Position numbers and translations under genes: made by a program. The notes below the pieces were generated by a model, which made no database searches, was not told where the DNA came from, and saw only the letters and a program-made list of their open reading frames with translations. This document shows positions 52,901 to 63,700 of a stretch of DNA of 64,000 nucleotides, one piece after another (within the stretch, counting starts at the first letter, position 1; the number at the start of each line of letters is the position of its first letter). Source of the stretch: Octopus sinensis (Eukaryota); contig NC_042998.1 in the NCBI RefSeq assembly GCF_006345805.1, positions 181,536,001 through 181,600,000 of the forward strand, given 5' to 3'.

Positions 52901-55900
52901 TGTATGGAAATATGTATAAAAACACTTAAAGTTTAATCTGTTCTCACAAGAGAAAAGATAAATTAAAAAAGGAGACAAGTGCTTCAGGGAAAAAGTTCAT
53001 TGTTTAACCCTTTAGTGTTCGCATTATTCTGCCAAAATTAATGCTTTTTCATCCACTTTGTTTTGAACTAATCATGAATTATCTTGTAGCTATGAGATTT
53101 TGATGAGGTAGCTGTTAATTTTTAGAACGATATTGTAGGGTTGGTGTGAGAGACTATATCTGGCCAGTGTGAACATAAAATAGGCAGAATACTTTTGGTC
53201 GGATATGGCCAGTTTAAATGCCAAAGGGTTAAACTAAATCTAAGTTTGTAAACTTACCATCCTTCATAATCTCCCAATTTTCATCCACTTCTTGTTGAGC
53301 TTGAAGATGATAACGACCATCTGTCCAAAGGGCAGCTTTGGTGTCCGTTACAATTGCAGTTCCTATAGAATAGAAATAAAATGGAAACAAATAATACACT
53401 GTGTGAATAAATGACAACGAAAGAGTAAACAAAGGACATTCTGATAGGATTGTCCATCAGTAGAAATAATCTTTTATATACTTCAATCATTCAACTTAAA
53501 ATTTAAGCCCAATATTACATCATACTAATTTAACACAGACATGGTCCTGAGTTTGCAACTATAGAGACTTGAATCAAGTAGCAAGACCCATACACGTCTG
53601 TACAAACACTTGACACACACAATAGAACTATACTCACCTGCAGATCCTGAAAATCCAGATATAAATTTAAGCCGGGCATCACACGGTGCAATATATTCAC
53701 TCTGAAATCAAGTTAAAGAAACATTCCATTATTTTTACTTTTTTTTTACATTGGCACAAAACCATCAATTTTGAGAATAGGTTACAAGCAATTAAACCAA
53801 ACCTAGTTCACCCAGTACTTATTTTATTGACTCCAGAATTATAAAATGTAAAATTGAGACACAAGATATTGACTCCTGGTGTAATTCAATAAAGGCACTG
53901 AATATGCACTAATGAATATACTACATAATAGCAGCAATAAAGCAAAGCACAAGATACAAGATTTTTCTTTTTTTAATCAGTAATTTTATGAATACCTTAA
54001 ACAGCTAGAATCTCTTGTGTGCAAAAATCTGGAAACAGAAAACTGCTGAATAAAGATTTATCTAACATCAAGAAAACTGAAAAATTGAAAATATCTCCCT
54101 CCTTTACCTCAAAATTACAATCAAAAGATGATCCTCAGCAAGACATAAGGTGTATCTGGAACAACAGATATGTTGATCCCACTTAGTCAGTCATCTACCT
54201 ACTGCTGTACCTTAAGTTTCCTCGATCAGAACAATCAAAAACCTGTGACCAAATCAGAAGTTGGAGGCTGGAGGACGAAATATGTTACTTTTTTGCACTC
54301 CTCTACCAATTTGTTTAGTTCCAGCTCAGCCCTGATTGAATACTAAAACAATGACAATCTTACCCTTACTTCCAGAAAGCATATTTTCAGCTACATTATC
54401 CGATGTGCTCTTTAGTAAAATAGAAAATGTATAGGTTTGGGGAAATTTGTTTGCTATTAGGTCAAGTGATGTTGTAGAGGTTTCCTATTTACTGTTTTTA
54501 AGTTTTCTAACAGACTTTTAAATAAATATTAGTTCACTTTTATGAGAGGAGTGACAGTGATTTCAAAGTTTTGGCCTGCCACCTAAATAGTCCAAATAGA
54601 GAGCTAGCAGGTTAAAACTTGAAATTCACTGTTTTTTTTTTACTTCTTGTAAAAGTATAACATGTACTCTACGAAAAAAATTTTAAGTAATTCTTCTGCT
54701 TAATGTTAAATTGTTTTTAGTATAACTTGACAGACACACACGGAAAGCCAGACAAAGACAGACACACACACATATAGAGACAGCCAGACAGACACTATAG
54801 GTGCAGGTTTGGGTGTGTGGTTAAAAAGAATGCTTTGCAACCACATAGTCACAGGTTCTGTCCCATTACATGGAACATTGGGCAAGCGTCTTCGACTATA
54901 CCCTCAAATAAATTTGACAGAAGGAAACAGTGTCATTAAAAAAATATATATACGTATGTGTGTGTTTCCCCACTACCAGCACATGACAATGTTGGTTTGT
55001 TTACATCCTTGTAAACCTAGCAATTTGGCAAAGAGATCAATAGAATAAGTTCCAGACTAAAAATAAGTACTGAAGCTGATTTCTACAACTAAACCACTCA
55101 ATGTGGTGCTCCAATATGGATACAGTCCAATGACAAACAAATAAAGAAAAAAGAATATTTCTCATGATTCTAATTATTTACTATAATTTCTACTTTATAT
55201 ATTTTATTTTAATTTTCTTAAATTCAGTTTCAATCTATGTTTTATGCAATTTTATGTTATTCTTCAATTTTTACATTCTACTACTTTTAAAAAATGTTCA
55301 AAAAGACGAGATACACAATCAAAAAGCCAATGTTCTCATTGAAATAGCTTATATAAGCTTTTTGTCACATATTTGGCAGTCAAAAGTAGATTTAAATTAA
55401 ACACCTACTTTTCCATGCAAGCATGGGTCAGATGGAATTCACTGAAGCAAATTTTCTATGGCCCTTCCAGTTGTCAATCCTCACTTCATTATATAGAATC
55501 TCTCCAAATTTTTGCCAGCATACTATGGCATGCCATGTGTCTAAGAATATGACTGAAGAGAAAGAAAAGCTTGTCATGATGTCCATAAGGATTAGCTTGT
55601 CTATTCTATGCAAAACCCACAGTATAAAATGTTTCTTATTTCTTTACTGCCCACAAAGGGCTACACACAGAGGAGACAAACGGATTAAGTCGATTACATC
55701 AACCCCATTGCGTAACTGGTACTTATTTAATCGACCCCAAAAGGATGAAAGGCAAAGTCGACCTCGGCAGAATTTGAACTCAGAAAGTAGAGGCAGACAA
55801 AATATCATTAAGCATTTCACCTGGCATGCTAACATTTCTGCCAGCTCACTGTCTTGATAAAATGTTCTATAAAATGTATAAAATGTTTCTATCAAACTGT

Positions 55901-57837
55901 TTAATAAGATCATGTGTAAACATGTGTGACCCAAATCTAGAGAATTTATGGAGGAAAAGTTTAGATTAACTCAAACAGAAACCAGTAGACACCTGTTTAT
56001 CTGAGCTATACTTTCAATACATACACACAAATTACTCTTCTGTCACCATATTTTTAAAGTATTCTTTAGTCAAGTACCAAGGGATAAATTTTAATAAATG
56101 ATATATTGTGTTTAGTACTGTTCAAATATGCAAAAAATCCTGAGTGGTGTGTAGTCAATCCTATCAACTAAAGTCCTTATTTTATCAACCCTGGAAGGAT
56201 GAAAGAATAGTCAACTTAAGCAGAAATTGAACTCGGAATATAACTGGATAATGCAACTTTAGTCCACCGCTTTGCTGACTTTGCTAATCTACTGCCCTTA
56301 TTAAAGCCGTAATTACTGATAGATATAGTGATAAATACATATACTGCGAAGTTTGTAAGGAATGGAATCAGAAAACCAAACCTAACATGGTTCCAACTTG
56401 GAATAGAAACTAATGGTCATGCTATGCACTTAGTCATAAAATTGTGATTTTGATTCCCAGACTAGGTAATGTGTAATGTTCTTAAACAAAACACTTCATT
56501 TCATGTTGCTCTGTGATCACTTTGACATGTGACCACTTCGCACTCCATGCACCTGTACAGGCAATGTCAATTTGAAGGTGGAATCAAGCCAATATACAGC
56601 ACGTGCCAGCGCCGCCTCGACTGGCTTCCGTGCCGGTGGCACGTAAAAAGCACCATCCAAATCGTGGCCGAAGCCAGGGCCGCCTCGACTGGCCTCCGTG
56701 CCGGTGGCACGTAAAATGCACCAATCCGACCGTGGCCGATGCCAACCTCGCCTGGCACCTGTGCAGGTGGCACGTAAAAAGCACCCACTACACTCACGGA
56801 GTGGTTGGCATTAGGAAGGGCATCCAGCTGTAGAAACATTGCCAGATAAGACTGGAGCCTGGTGCAGCCTTCTGGCTTCCCAGATCCCCGGTCGAACCGT
56901 CCAACCCATGCTAGCATGGAGAACGGACGTTAAACGATGATGATGATGAAACAAATTATCTGTGTGGGTTGTTCAGCAAGAAATCGTAGAACTCATCTGT
57001 TTTCTAAACAACTTATATAAAACATGAAACTTCACAGTAAATAAATATGCCTGTCTGAGACCCCCTTCAGTCACGAATGACCATGAGATTGCACCTAGAA
57101 AGTTACCCTCTGAGGCACAAGTCCAGGCAAAGTTGTCTATGGAAGACCAACAGTCACCCATACATACAGCCTCCCCTCTACACGCCACCAATGTTATCCA
57201 AGGAAAAGGCAGAGGCTGATACAGCTTGGCACCAGTGATGTCGCAACTCATTTCTACAGCTGTGTGAACTGGATGAAACGTGAAATAAAGCGTCTTGCTC
57301 AAGAACACAACACGCAGCCTGGTCCGGGATTCGAACTCACAACCTGACAGTCATAAGTTCGATGATCTAACCACTGAGCCATGCACCTTCACAAATATGT
57401 CTGTAATTGGTTTCGAATTCTGAGAAGAGGTAAGTTGATTACATCGACCCTGGTACTCAACCGGTACTTATTTTATTGACCCCATAAGAATGACAGAGAA
57501 AGTCAATCTCGGCAGAATTTGAACTCAGAATGTAAAAACGGATAAAATGCCGCTAGCATTTTACCCGGCATGCTAACGATTCTGCCAGCTTGCCGCCTTG
57601 TACATACCTATAATTGAAACTATATACTTGCCTGTATTTTTCACAGCTGTTTCAATTTCATTAATGCTCAAGAAAAAGGTATGCAAGAGTAAAGGTGTTT
57701 AAACCTGAATAGCCTTCACTTACCTGATGTGCATCTTGGTGTGGAATGATATATGCATGGACAATTTCATTCACAAATTGTTTGCTTTTCATTAAAATCC
57801 GAATTTTGGACAGCACACTGGTGGCTTTTGCAGTCAT
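24360..57837 (-). CDS. XPNPEP1: Xaa-Pro aminopeptidase 1 (cytosolic aminopeptidase P, M24B); 22 coding exons, 616 aa
   Basis: Exons assembled by hand give 1851 nt with all phases consistent. Motifs [63 protein letters not shown] and FEPLTLVP. Collinear with human XPNPEP1 as recalled; no signal peptide. Confidence 0.96.
24687..25310. mobile_element. piggyBac-like MITE split by a family A SINE (24804-25222)
   Basis: TTAA-CCATTTAGCATT..AAACAAT | SINE | CATATCATCAAAATC..TTGACAGAG; the two halves match the uninterrupted copies at 46126 and 53008. Confidence 0.75.
25690..26015 (+). mobile_element. Degenerate RTE 3' end
   Basis: [27 protein letters not shown] resembles the RTE ending WE.LAQDR..WR..V..RIGL.SH.R. 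Confidence 0.5.
26598..26696 (-). CDS. XPNPEP1: XPNPEP1 exon 21 ([33 protein letters not shown])
   Basis: AG/GT boundaries, 99 nt, phase 0/0. Confidence 0.95.
27184..27260 (-). CDS. XPNPEP1: XPNPEP1 exon 20 ([26 protein letters not shown])
   Basis: 77 nt; carries the two Glu metal ligands. Confidence 0.96.
27565..27636 (-). CDS. XPNPEP1: XPNPEP1 exon 19 ([24 protein letters not shown])
   Basis: 72 nt, phase 1/1. Confidence 0.94.
28018..28190 (-). mobile_element. SINE family A (short)
   Basis: Same core. Confidence 0.85.
28482..28586 (-). CDS. XPNPEP1: XPNPEP1 exon 18 ([35 protein letters not shown])
   Basis: 105 nt; carries the His ligand. Confidence 0.97.
29897..29966 (-). CDS. XPNPEP1: XPNPEP1 exon 17 ([23 protein letters not shown])
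   Basis: 70 nt, phase 0/1. Confidence 0.95.
31275..31335 (-). CDS. XPNPEP1: XPNPEP1 exon 16 ([20 protein letters not shown])
   Basis: 61 nt; carries an Asp ligand. Confidence 0.96.
31779..31850 (-). CDS. XPNPEP1: XPNPEP1 exon 15 ([23 protein letters not shown])
   Basis: 72 nt, phase 2/2; carries an Asp ligand. Confidence 0.95.
32616..32693 (-). CDS. XPNPEP1: XPNPEP1 exon 14 ([25 protein letters not shown])
   Basis: 78 nt, phase 2/2. Confidence 0.95.
33170..34258 (+). mobile_element. Degenerate RTE-like LINE (linker plus start of RT)
   Basis: [44 protein letters not shown]. Confidence 0.8.
33691..33967. mobile_element. TTAA-flanked piggyBac-like MITE nested in the LINE
   Basis: TTAA at 33687-33690 and 33968-33971; degenerate termini CCCATAAAGCA / TACTTTGTGTG; removing it restores LINE continuity. 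Confidence 0.65.
34390..34448 (-). CDS. XPNPEP1: XPNPEP1 exon 13 ([19 protein letters not shown])
   Basis: 59 nt, phase 0/2. Confidence 0.93.
34678..35215 (+). mobile_element. Family C SINE with a nested minus-strand Nin/Deu-like SINE (~34865-35075)
   Basis: The family C sequence is interrupted after CAATAACATT and resumes at GGTGGTGTGGAGAGG. Confidence 0.75.
36656..36706 (-). CDS. XPNPEP1: XPNPEP1 exon 12 ([17 protein letters not shown]), followed by a GC donor
   Basis: 51 nt; GAG|GCAAGT donor; phase 0 matches exon 13. Confidence 0.92.
36967..37235 (-). mobile_element. SINE family A (diverged)
   Basis: Same core. Confidence 0.75.
37475..37875 (-). mobile_element. Nin/Deu-like SINE dimer with two different tails
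   Basis: Junction AAAATACC|TATTTCTTTACTACCC as at 4290 and 6570. Monomers of the family at 35462, 52591, 55640 and 57420. Confidence 0.85.
38029..38115 (-). CDS. XPNPEP1: XPNPEP1 exon 11 ([29 protein letters not shown])
   Basis: 87 nt, phase 0/0. Confidence 0.95.
38436..38830 (-). mobile_element. Diverged family A-like tail plus RTE 3' remnant
   Basis: Family A core followed by a remnant reading [27 protein letters not shown] on the minus strand. Confidence 0.55.
39245..39695 (+). mobile_element. SINE family A
   Basis: Tandem units plus core ending GATGTTAAACGATGATGATGAT. Confidence 0.85.
39912..39956 (-). CDS. XPNPEP1: XPNPEP1 exon 10 ([15 protein letters not shown])
   Basis: 45 nt, CCAG/GTAAG boundaries; fills the expected gap (human SDKASYAV). 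Confidence 0.85.
40150..40545 (-). mobile_element. Degenerate RTE RT fragment
   Basis: [33 protein letters not shown] (YADD motif). Confidence 0.75.
40647..40797 (-). CDS. XPNPEP1: XPNPEP1 exon 9 ([16 protein letters not shown]...DVTGKVW)
   Basis: 151 nt, phase 2/0. Confidence 0.95.
41412..42219. repeat. Perfect 107-bp inverted repeat (41412-41518 / 42113-42219) enclosing a family A SINE
   Basis: Checked block by block, no mismatches. Direct repeat TAAACATAATGTT at 41340-41352 and 42218-42230. Confidence 0.97.
41545..42055 (-). mobile_element. SINE family A with four near-identical plus one diverged ~62-bp tandem units
   Basis: Unit TTTATGTGCCACCGACACAGGTGCCAGAC.AGGCTGGC..ACGGCCACG.T.GGATGGTG, 41711-42025. 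Confidence 0.9.
42279..42360 (-). CDS. XPNPEP1: XPNPEP1 exon 8 ([27 protein letters not shown])
   Basis: 82 nt, phase 1/2. Confidence 0.96.
43567..43662 (-). CDS. XPNPEP1: XPNPEP1 exon 7 ([32 protein letters not shown])
   Basis: 96 nt, phase 1/1. Confidence 0.93.
43745..43965 (+). mobile_element. RTE 3' fragment
   Basis: [36 protein letters not shown]. Confidence 0.7.
44256..44678. mobile_element. pogo/Tc2-like MITE with TA TSD
   Basis: TA-CGTTAAATCCTCGAGTATAATCCGC ... GCGGACTGTACTCAAGGATTTACGG-TA. Confidence 0.8.
45141..45252. repeat. TTTGACAT-based minisatellite (~25-bp higher-order unit)
   Basis: (TTTTTGACATTTTGACATTTGTCA)n; the source of the [11 protein letters not shown] repeats. Confidence 0.9.
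46126..46346. mobile_element. piggyBac-like MITE (family of 53008)
   Basis: TTAA-CCC start; body is the reverse complement of 53008-53228. Confidence 0.7.
46590..47232 (+). mobile_element. Long SINE family A copy abutting XPNPEP1 exon 6
   Basis: Multiple ~60-bp units plus core and (GAT)n tail ending ~30 bp from the donor site. Confidence 0.85.
47263..47406 (-). CDS. XPNPEP1: XPNPEP1 exon 6 ([48 protein letters not shown])
   Basis: 144 nt, phase 1/1. Confidence 0.96.
48087..48138 (-). CDS. XPNPEP1: XPNPEP1 exon 5 ([17 protein letters not shown])
   Basis: 52 nt, phase 0/1. Confidence 0.93.
49572..49612 (-). CDS. XPNPEP1: XPNPEP1 exon 4 ([14 protein letters not shown])
   Basis: 41 nt, phase 1/0. 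Confidence 0.92.
49822..49932. mobile_element. 111-bp GC-rich insertion embedded in a (TA)n tract
   Basis: CpG-containing segment flanked on both sides by long TA runs. Confidence 0.6.
50425..50750 (+). mobile_element. Family B SINE tail interrupted by a minus-strand family A SINE (50468-50652)
   Basis: GATAGAATAAGTACT | CATCATC...GTGCCACCT | GGGCTTACAAA. Confidence 0.8.
53008..53228. mobile_element. piggyBac-like MITE with TTAA TSD
   Basis: TTAA-CCCTTTAG ... CCAAAGGG-TTAA; ~30 bp from exon 3. Confidence 0.85.
53258..53362 (-). CDS. XPNPEP1: XPNPEP1 exon 3 ([35 protein letters not shown])
   Basis: 105 nt, phase 1/1. Confidence 0.97.
53638..53701 (-). CDS. XPNPEP1: XPNPEP1 exon 2 ([21 protein letters not shown])
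   Basis: 64 nt, phase 0/1. Confidence 0.96.
56596..56948 (+). mobile_element. SINE family A (young, CpG-rich)
   Basis: Tandem units plus core ending GGACGTTAAACGATGATGATGATG. Confidence 0.88.
57724..57837 (-). CDS. XPNPEP1: XPNPEP1 first coding exon ([38 protein letters not shown])
   Basis: ATG at 57837 with an in-frame TGA upstream. Acceptor TACAG ending at 57871 implies an upstream non-coding exon. Confidence 0.93.
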
Positions 57838-58495
57838 GGTTCTTGTCCTTAATCACAAAAGTAAGGTTCCCTGTATCAAGAGAAAAATGAAGCATATTCA
57901 TCACCAAACGTCACACAAAAATTGTTAAATTAGAATCTAGCTTCCAGCCCTTTTAATTACCGAGAGCTGTTGATTTGTGTAAAACCTAATAACTGACCAT
58001 TTGGCAGTCATCTGTTATTTGTAAATTAATACTGCATAGCACTCCAAGCTCAAATACTACCAAGGCCAGCTATGCCTTCTTTCCAGGGTTACTAAAGTAC
58101 CAGTCTAGTGCAGTCAACTGGTAGAGAACCATTAGAGTATCGTAAAGGATATCTCACAGTATTTGTTCTAACTCTTTGTATTCTGAGTTCGAATCCTGCC
58201 ATGGTCTACATGGGTGGTAGACTTAATCTCAGAGGATTGGCAGAAAGAAAAAAGATCATAGATACTGTTCTTCCTCCTTTGATAAATCCACAAATTATTT
58301 TTAAGAGATAGCTACAGCTTCTTACATTCTTTTTTTTTCTTTTTCTGTGATCTAAAAGTAAATTTGCTTATCCCCTTTCTAGTACTACTGACCATAAAAG
58401 GATGAACAATATTTTCCCAATATTTCAATTCAACTCATAATATCATCAAGGATTTTCTACAGTAATTAAATTCTCTTAACAGATGAAATGAAGAA

Positions 58496-58893
58496 TGAAG
58501 TTACATTCTGAGCGCCTTGTTTCCCTGGGCATGGATTCACTGAAGCTCCGGCGTCTGGCGACGGACTTGGTAAACACCCACAAAGTTATCAACCACCTCA
58601 CCAACAACAACACTGAACACCTTTTTGATCTTCATGTGTCTAACACCCGTGGACACATTTACAAAGTCAGAAAACAACACAGCTCCCATGACTTTCGGAA
58701 ACATTTTTTCACGCTCAGAGTTGCTGAAGCATGGAATAAACTGCCTGCGTCAGTTGTTGACTGCCATGACACTGCATCCTTTAAGGCCCTCATGCTTTCC
58801 GAAATCCGCCGAAACTACACCTGATTATATATACACTTTAGATGAGTTGTAGTGCACCTGAGCACTGTACACAATTATTATTATTATTATTAC
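58496..58893 (+). mobile_element. 5'-truncated CR1 LINE 3' end
   Basis: ERLVSLGMDSLKLRRL..TRGHIYKVRK..RKHFFTLRVAEAWNKLP; (ATT)n tail. Confidence 0.92.
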
Positions 58894-59199
58894 ACCGAAG
58901 GAAAAAAAACAGTGGAAACCTGAAAATAGTTATCGGAGAATTTTAAAGTAACAATGCTTTAAAACGTCATTTCCTGTTAGAAGCTTACAAAATTGTTATG
59001 TTTACTGTATTTACTGTCAAACATCGCCAGATATCTTATCAACTGTATACAATCTCGGAGAACATATAACCTTAGTGTTCTTTCGTTTATGGTTATAAAA
59101 TGAAAGCGGAAAACTATTGTTAGTGATCGACACTGAAAAAAAAATTTGAATGGGAAAATATTTTTAAATTATAAAAATAAATTAAAAACTGAAAATTAG

Positions 59200-59320
59200 T
59201 TGGGGTTAGCTTTTGGCGGGGGTACAAAATCGTAATTTCCGTTGTTGAAAGTAGAAATCCGAAGCTGGGGCGGGGTATCCGAGACGTCCACCTCGAAATT
59301 ACCAAATACTGTAAATATTT
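59200..59320 (-). promoter_or_regulatory. Candidate XPNPEP1 promoter / non-coding exon 1 region
   Basis: Local CpG enrichment, GC boxes (GGGGCGGGG at 59267-59275) and a possible GTAATT donor near 59303. Position is inferred only. Confidence 0.3.
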
Positions 59321-60250
59321 CTTTCATTTTCTGGTCATAAAATGAAAGAATGTCGAAATTAAATTTTCTAATACAATATTAGATAACTAAAATACTTGCA
59401 AAAGCTGACTTCTATATTAAATAGGTACTACATGTTAAACAAAACCCTACTTAGGTCACTTTTTTTTTTTATGAGGCACGACACGGGTTTTCGTGGAAAC
59501 AAGGAACCTGTTGGTAAATTAGGTAAACCTGCAGGTTTACATTTTTTTTTTTAAATATCTGTCAAACCCCATCAAGACTAGAACCCAAAACCACGTGTAA
59601 CATAAACATTAATCATAACTCTCGCAATAATTAGTAAACTACTTTGTAAAAGCTTAGAAATTCTTTTTTTAATTAACTTGAATAAAAGTCAAGTTTTTCC
59701 GACGCAGTTCCGTTTTCACTCAAGCATGGAATTTAGATGAAGAAAATACGACTCCGTATTGTTTACACCTTTAATAAGAACTTAAGAAGCATAACATGAA
59801 ATAATAGAAATAGATATTAGCTACACTAAGACTTCACTACTAAGTTGCCACAAAATACCACCCTCAGATCAGATTTCGAAGTGCCTCTCAAAAGGGACCA
59901 TCCATGAGGTCATTCAAAGTATGAGAAATAGTAGCCAAAAGGATCTTTTCACTTTATCCGCCAAAACTCCTTCAAATCAAAAGCTATTGTCTTAAAAATA
60001 ATATGTTAGCTTATGTAACCGTAGATATATAAATAGAACAGAGTCGTAACAAATAGAAAACCTTGGGTATCTTATTCTTTTTCGTTCACACTGTATTATA
60101 CGGCAACAATTTTCTGTAGTTTTGCTTACAATTTAAAAATAACTATTTTTACACAAACTAGTAATAACATTTTGAGAAATATAGGTTCTCAGACACGGTT
60201 GATTTGGGACTGCATGCAATAATGAACTTGTAGATGAGTCAAAACGGAGT

Positions 60251-60791
60251 CTATACATTTAGTAATATATATATAATAAGAAATATTAAGCAAATTTCCA
60301 TCAGATCAATCACCACAGTCTTAAAAGAAGGAAGGAAAAAACGACACAATGTCAGTCCGATTTATAAAAAGATGGGACAGTCACAAGTTGAACAGTTTTG
60401 AACATAGGTATGCTTAATTAGGACCAGTGTTGGAAAAAGTCAGGTTGTTTACTTAAATTGAAGAAATATGAATAGAATAGAGATATGTAAGTGTTTCTCG
60501 ATTGAATTATATTCTACACATTTAGTAATATATATATATATATATATAATAAGAAATATTAAGCAAATTTTCATCAAATCAATCACCACAGTCTTAAAAG
60601 AAGGAAGGAAAAAACGACACAATGTCAGTCCGATTTATAAAGAGATGGGACAGTCACAAGTTGAACAGTTTTGAACATAGGTATGTTTAATTAGGACCAG
60701 TGTGGGAAAAAGTCAGGTTGTTTACTTAAATTGAAGAAATATGAATAGAATACTGAGATATGTAAGTGTTTCTCGATTGAATTATATTCTA
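60251..60791. repeat. ~265-bp tandem duplication (two diverged copies)
   Basis: 60251-60513 versus 60514-60791, with several substitutions and a TA-run length difference. Confidence 0.93.
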
Positions 60792-63700
60792 TAATAAAAG
60801 AAAAAGTAGACAACATAATGTTGGTACTTGTACCCATTAGTTTCAGTATTGGATACTTTCGTTTTTCGTTATAGTTCAAGTAAACATTTGGGAAGCATTG
60901 GAGTTCAATAAATACATTCTGAGCATCATCATAACAGAGAATACTCTTTATGCATAACTTGAACTAATTTCGAATTTGTTGCCAAACAAATACATATCAT
61001 CACATGTACGCTTGCAAATGCGGGCGAACTGCAAACCACGAAATACCTTGTTTTATGGTGCTTGTTGTAAGAGATACAATATTTACACTCATGGACCTCA
61101 ACTGCCAATATCTGCCACATTTAATAAATAATAGGGAAATATATAAAACAGATAAATAAAATCAATGTTAGATGAGGATGCGGCGTAATAACAAGTGAAC
61201 TGAAGATATATATATTTTTTTAATGTAAGTTCCCAACAGATATTTTCAACTATAGCGAAAACAATTTACTTTTGCGTATCGTAATTTCTACCATTCTTAG
61301 ACAATAATAATAATAATAATGTACATTGGCATTCTTTCGATATAACTCGACAAAAATCAAAACACTTTACCTCGGGTATTTCCGTGGAAGCAAATGACAG
61401 TTCGATTCTGTTTTTTCTGCTTGGAAATTTTGCGTGTTTTACATACACACATGAAAAGGGTAAGAAGAAATAAGCAAGGCTTTTATTCTTCGAGTTTAAG
61501 ATGCGATATTGCTGGCATAATTTCGTTATATCTATACTCCACAACCCACGGAAATACCCGAAGTGAAATGGCCCGACTTTGTCGAGCTATATCGAAGGAA
61601 TGCCTGTACAGCATTCATAAAGTAATTGAAGTAATAATTGTACTTGTTCTTTTAAATGACATAAAATTATAACATTTCTTCAGTGTGGTTCACTCATCCC
61701 CCGCCAAAAAATTGTCAAAATCGATAAGATAAATAACAGCTTCCCAAGTCATAGGGATAGATACCCTAAGAAATAAATGTAAGAATTGCTTTAAAAAAAA
61801 CATTGGTAACACTATTTAAAGGGTCCCGAGAAGAATCAAGCGGGAATAATCAAAAGAACGAGATATTTAGAAATTCATCTTCGGTTGGGTTTTACGTAAA
61901 TAAAAATATACTTTCAAAAACTGTTTTACTATAAATTAAACAGCATTCTGCTTCTAAGGAAACAATTCCAATTAAACTTCTTTTACTAATTGTTTTCGAT
62001 ATTTATTAACGAGTAATTTATATCAAATTATAAATGCTGTTAATGCTGATTGAATATTTACCAAATGTCCCTTATAAAGTACACTTTGCAATGATTTTAG
62101 TAAAAAAAGATGTGTTGAGAATGATTATTAAACGGAAATGTCCTAAACATAAAGGTCGGAAGATCAGTATTCGTCTAAATAGTTTATATCAGGTTTCAAA
62201 TTTATCACTTATGTGATTAAGATATAATAGTTGTGGGCTTATAAAGACAGGGGTCCAATGAATATTGCATGTACTTTTACAAAAACTGTCAACAGCCTTT
62301 TAAAATAATGGATAGTCGTCCCTTTTAGTTAATCACAGCAAGACATTAAGTTTATTTTAATATAAAGTAATCTGACGAGAAAATTTTTCATCCGATTCAA
62401 GCATTTCGATTACCCGATTCTTTTAGGGGCCCTAATAACAAATGCAAGTGAAACATTGAATTTTAAAGTAAGAGATTTTCCAGGCTCTTAAAAAATCCCA
62501 AGTTTAGGCTTTCGTTGAATTAAATTTGTTTTATCGCATTTAAATATTGTGTTCCCCCAATGTTATCCCAAATTATCCGGAACAATTGCAATTCGGTTCA
62601 CCTTAAACATTGTAGCCGTTGGGAGCGAAATAGTAATTGCATAATTATATTTGATGTGAAAAAAAATATACATTTCGGATCTTTAACTGAAACTGTTATG
62701 ATACTCCAGATAAATTTCACTAAATTTGAAATGTATTCAACATTATATGCATAGGTCGTCACTTGGAAAAGGAACGGATAACTACTTACTTGAAACGAAG
62801 CACTCCTATAGACACCAACTTAGTTAAAGCATCGAGATTATATAAGGGAGGGGGTAGTAAGAAAGCCTCCCGGTCAGTCGTGGGGAAAAAAAAACAGAAG
62901 CAAAACAAAATTGAAATGAAATAACTGAAAAAAGTATATCAGCACGATAAATTAAAGAATTTAAACATGAAACTTTATAGTTAAAAAAAAATAAAACATG
63001 CTACGTTCTAAAATAATGTGAAAGTAATGTGATCAAGATAACTGAAGCAGACGGGGCTCGCATCGCGGTTTCTCTTGGTTGATGCCAACTAATTTTAGTT
63101 ACACTCCTTGTCTCTTTTTAAAAAATTCAAAAGCATGCATTGAAAGTCAGATACATTCGTCCCCTTTTCTGGTGACAGTCATACCTTTTGCCGCTGTAAG
63201 AAAACATTATCGTTAAAAAAAATTAAGTGAAAAATATAATTATACTGTATAAGATAGTTGGGCGTTGTTTAGGTCCAGGTCAGTGTCCCAGTGAAAAGGG
63301 ACCCGATGAAACGTGTTCAAACAAACGTCTTTTTTTTTTTTTTTTGTTATTGTGTCCTTTCTAATTTGTAAGATACTAGGGTCCGGTTTTAGGGAGACCT
63401 GACTGCTATACTATGTGTCATATAAGTTTCCTTCTGGGCCCACTTATATAATATTGCATTAATATTTTATAAATCAATCTATTTAAATGTATTAAAATAC
63501 TCTTTAAAGGGGAGAATATAGGTACTGATGCTGTAAAAAGAATGCGAAGACAAAAAAATATGTAAACTGATATATCAGAAAATTTACCGCAAATTCACAG
63601 ACCGAGTAAAATAACGCACGTACGAAGGAATGAGTAAAGTTATGTAAATTTTATAGATATAATAATTGTGTGTGTGCGATGCGCGCACACACACACACAC

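Noticed and set aside
57838-57870. N-terminal extension (signal or mitochondrial peptide) of XPNPEP1
   Set aside because: There is an in-frame TGA upstream of the ATG within the same exon.
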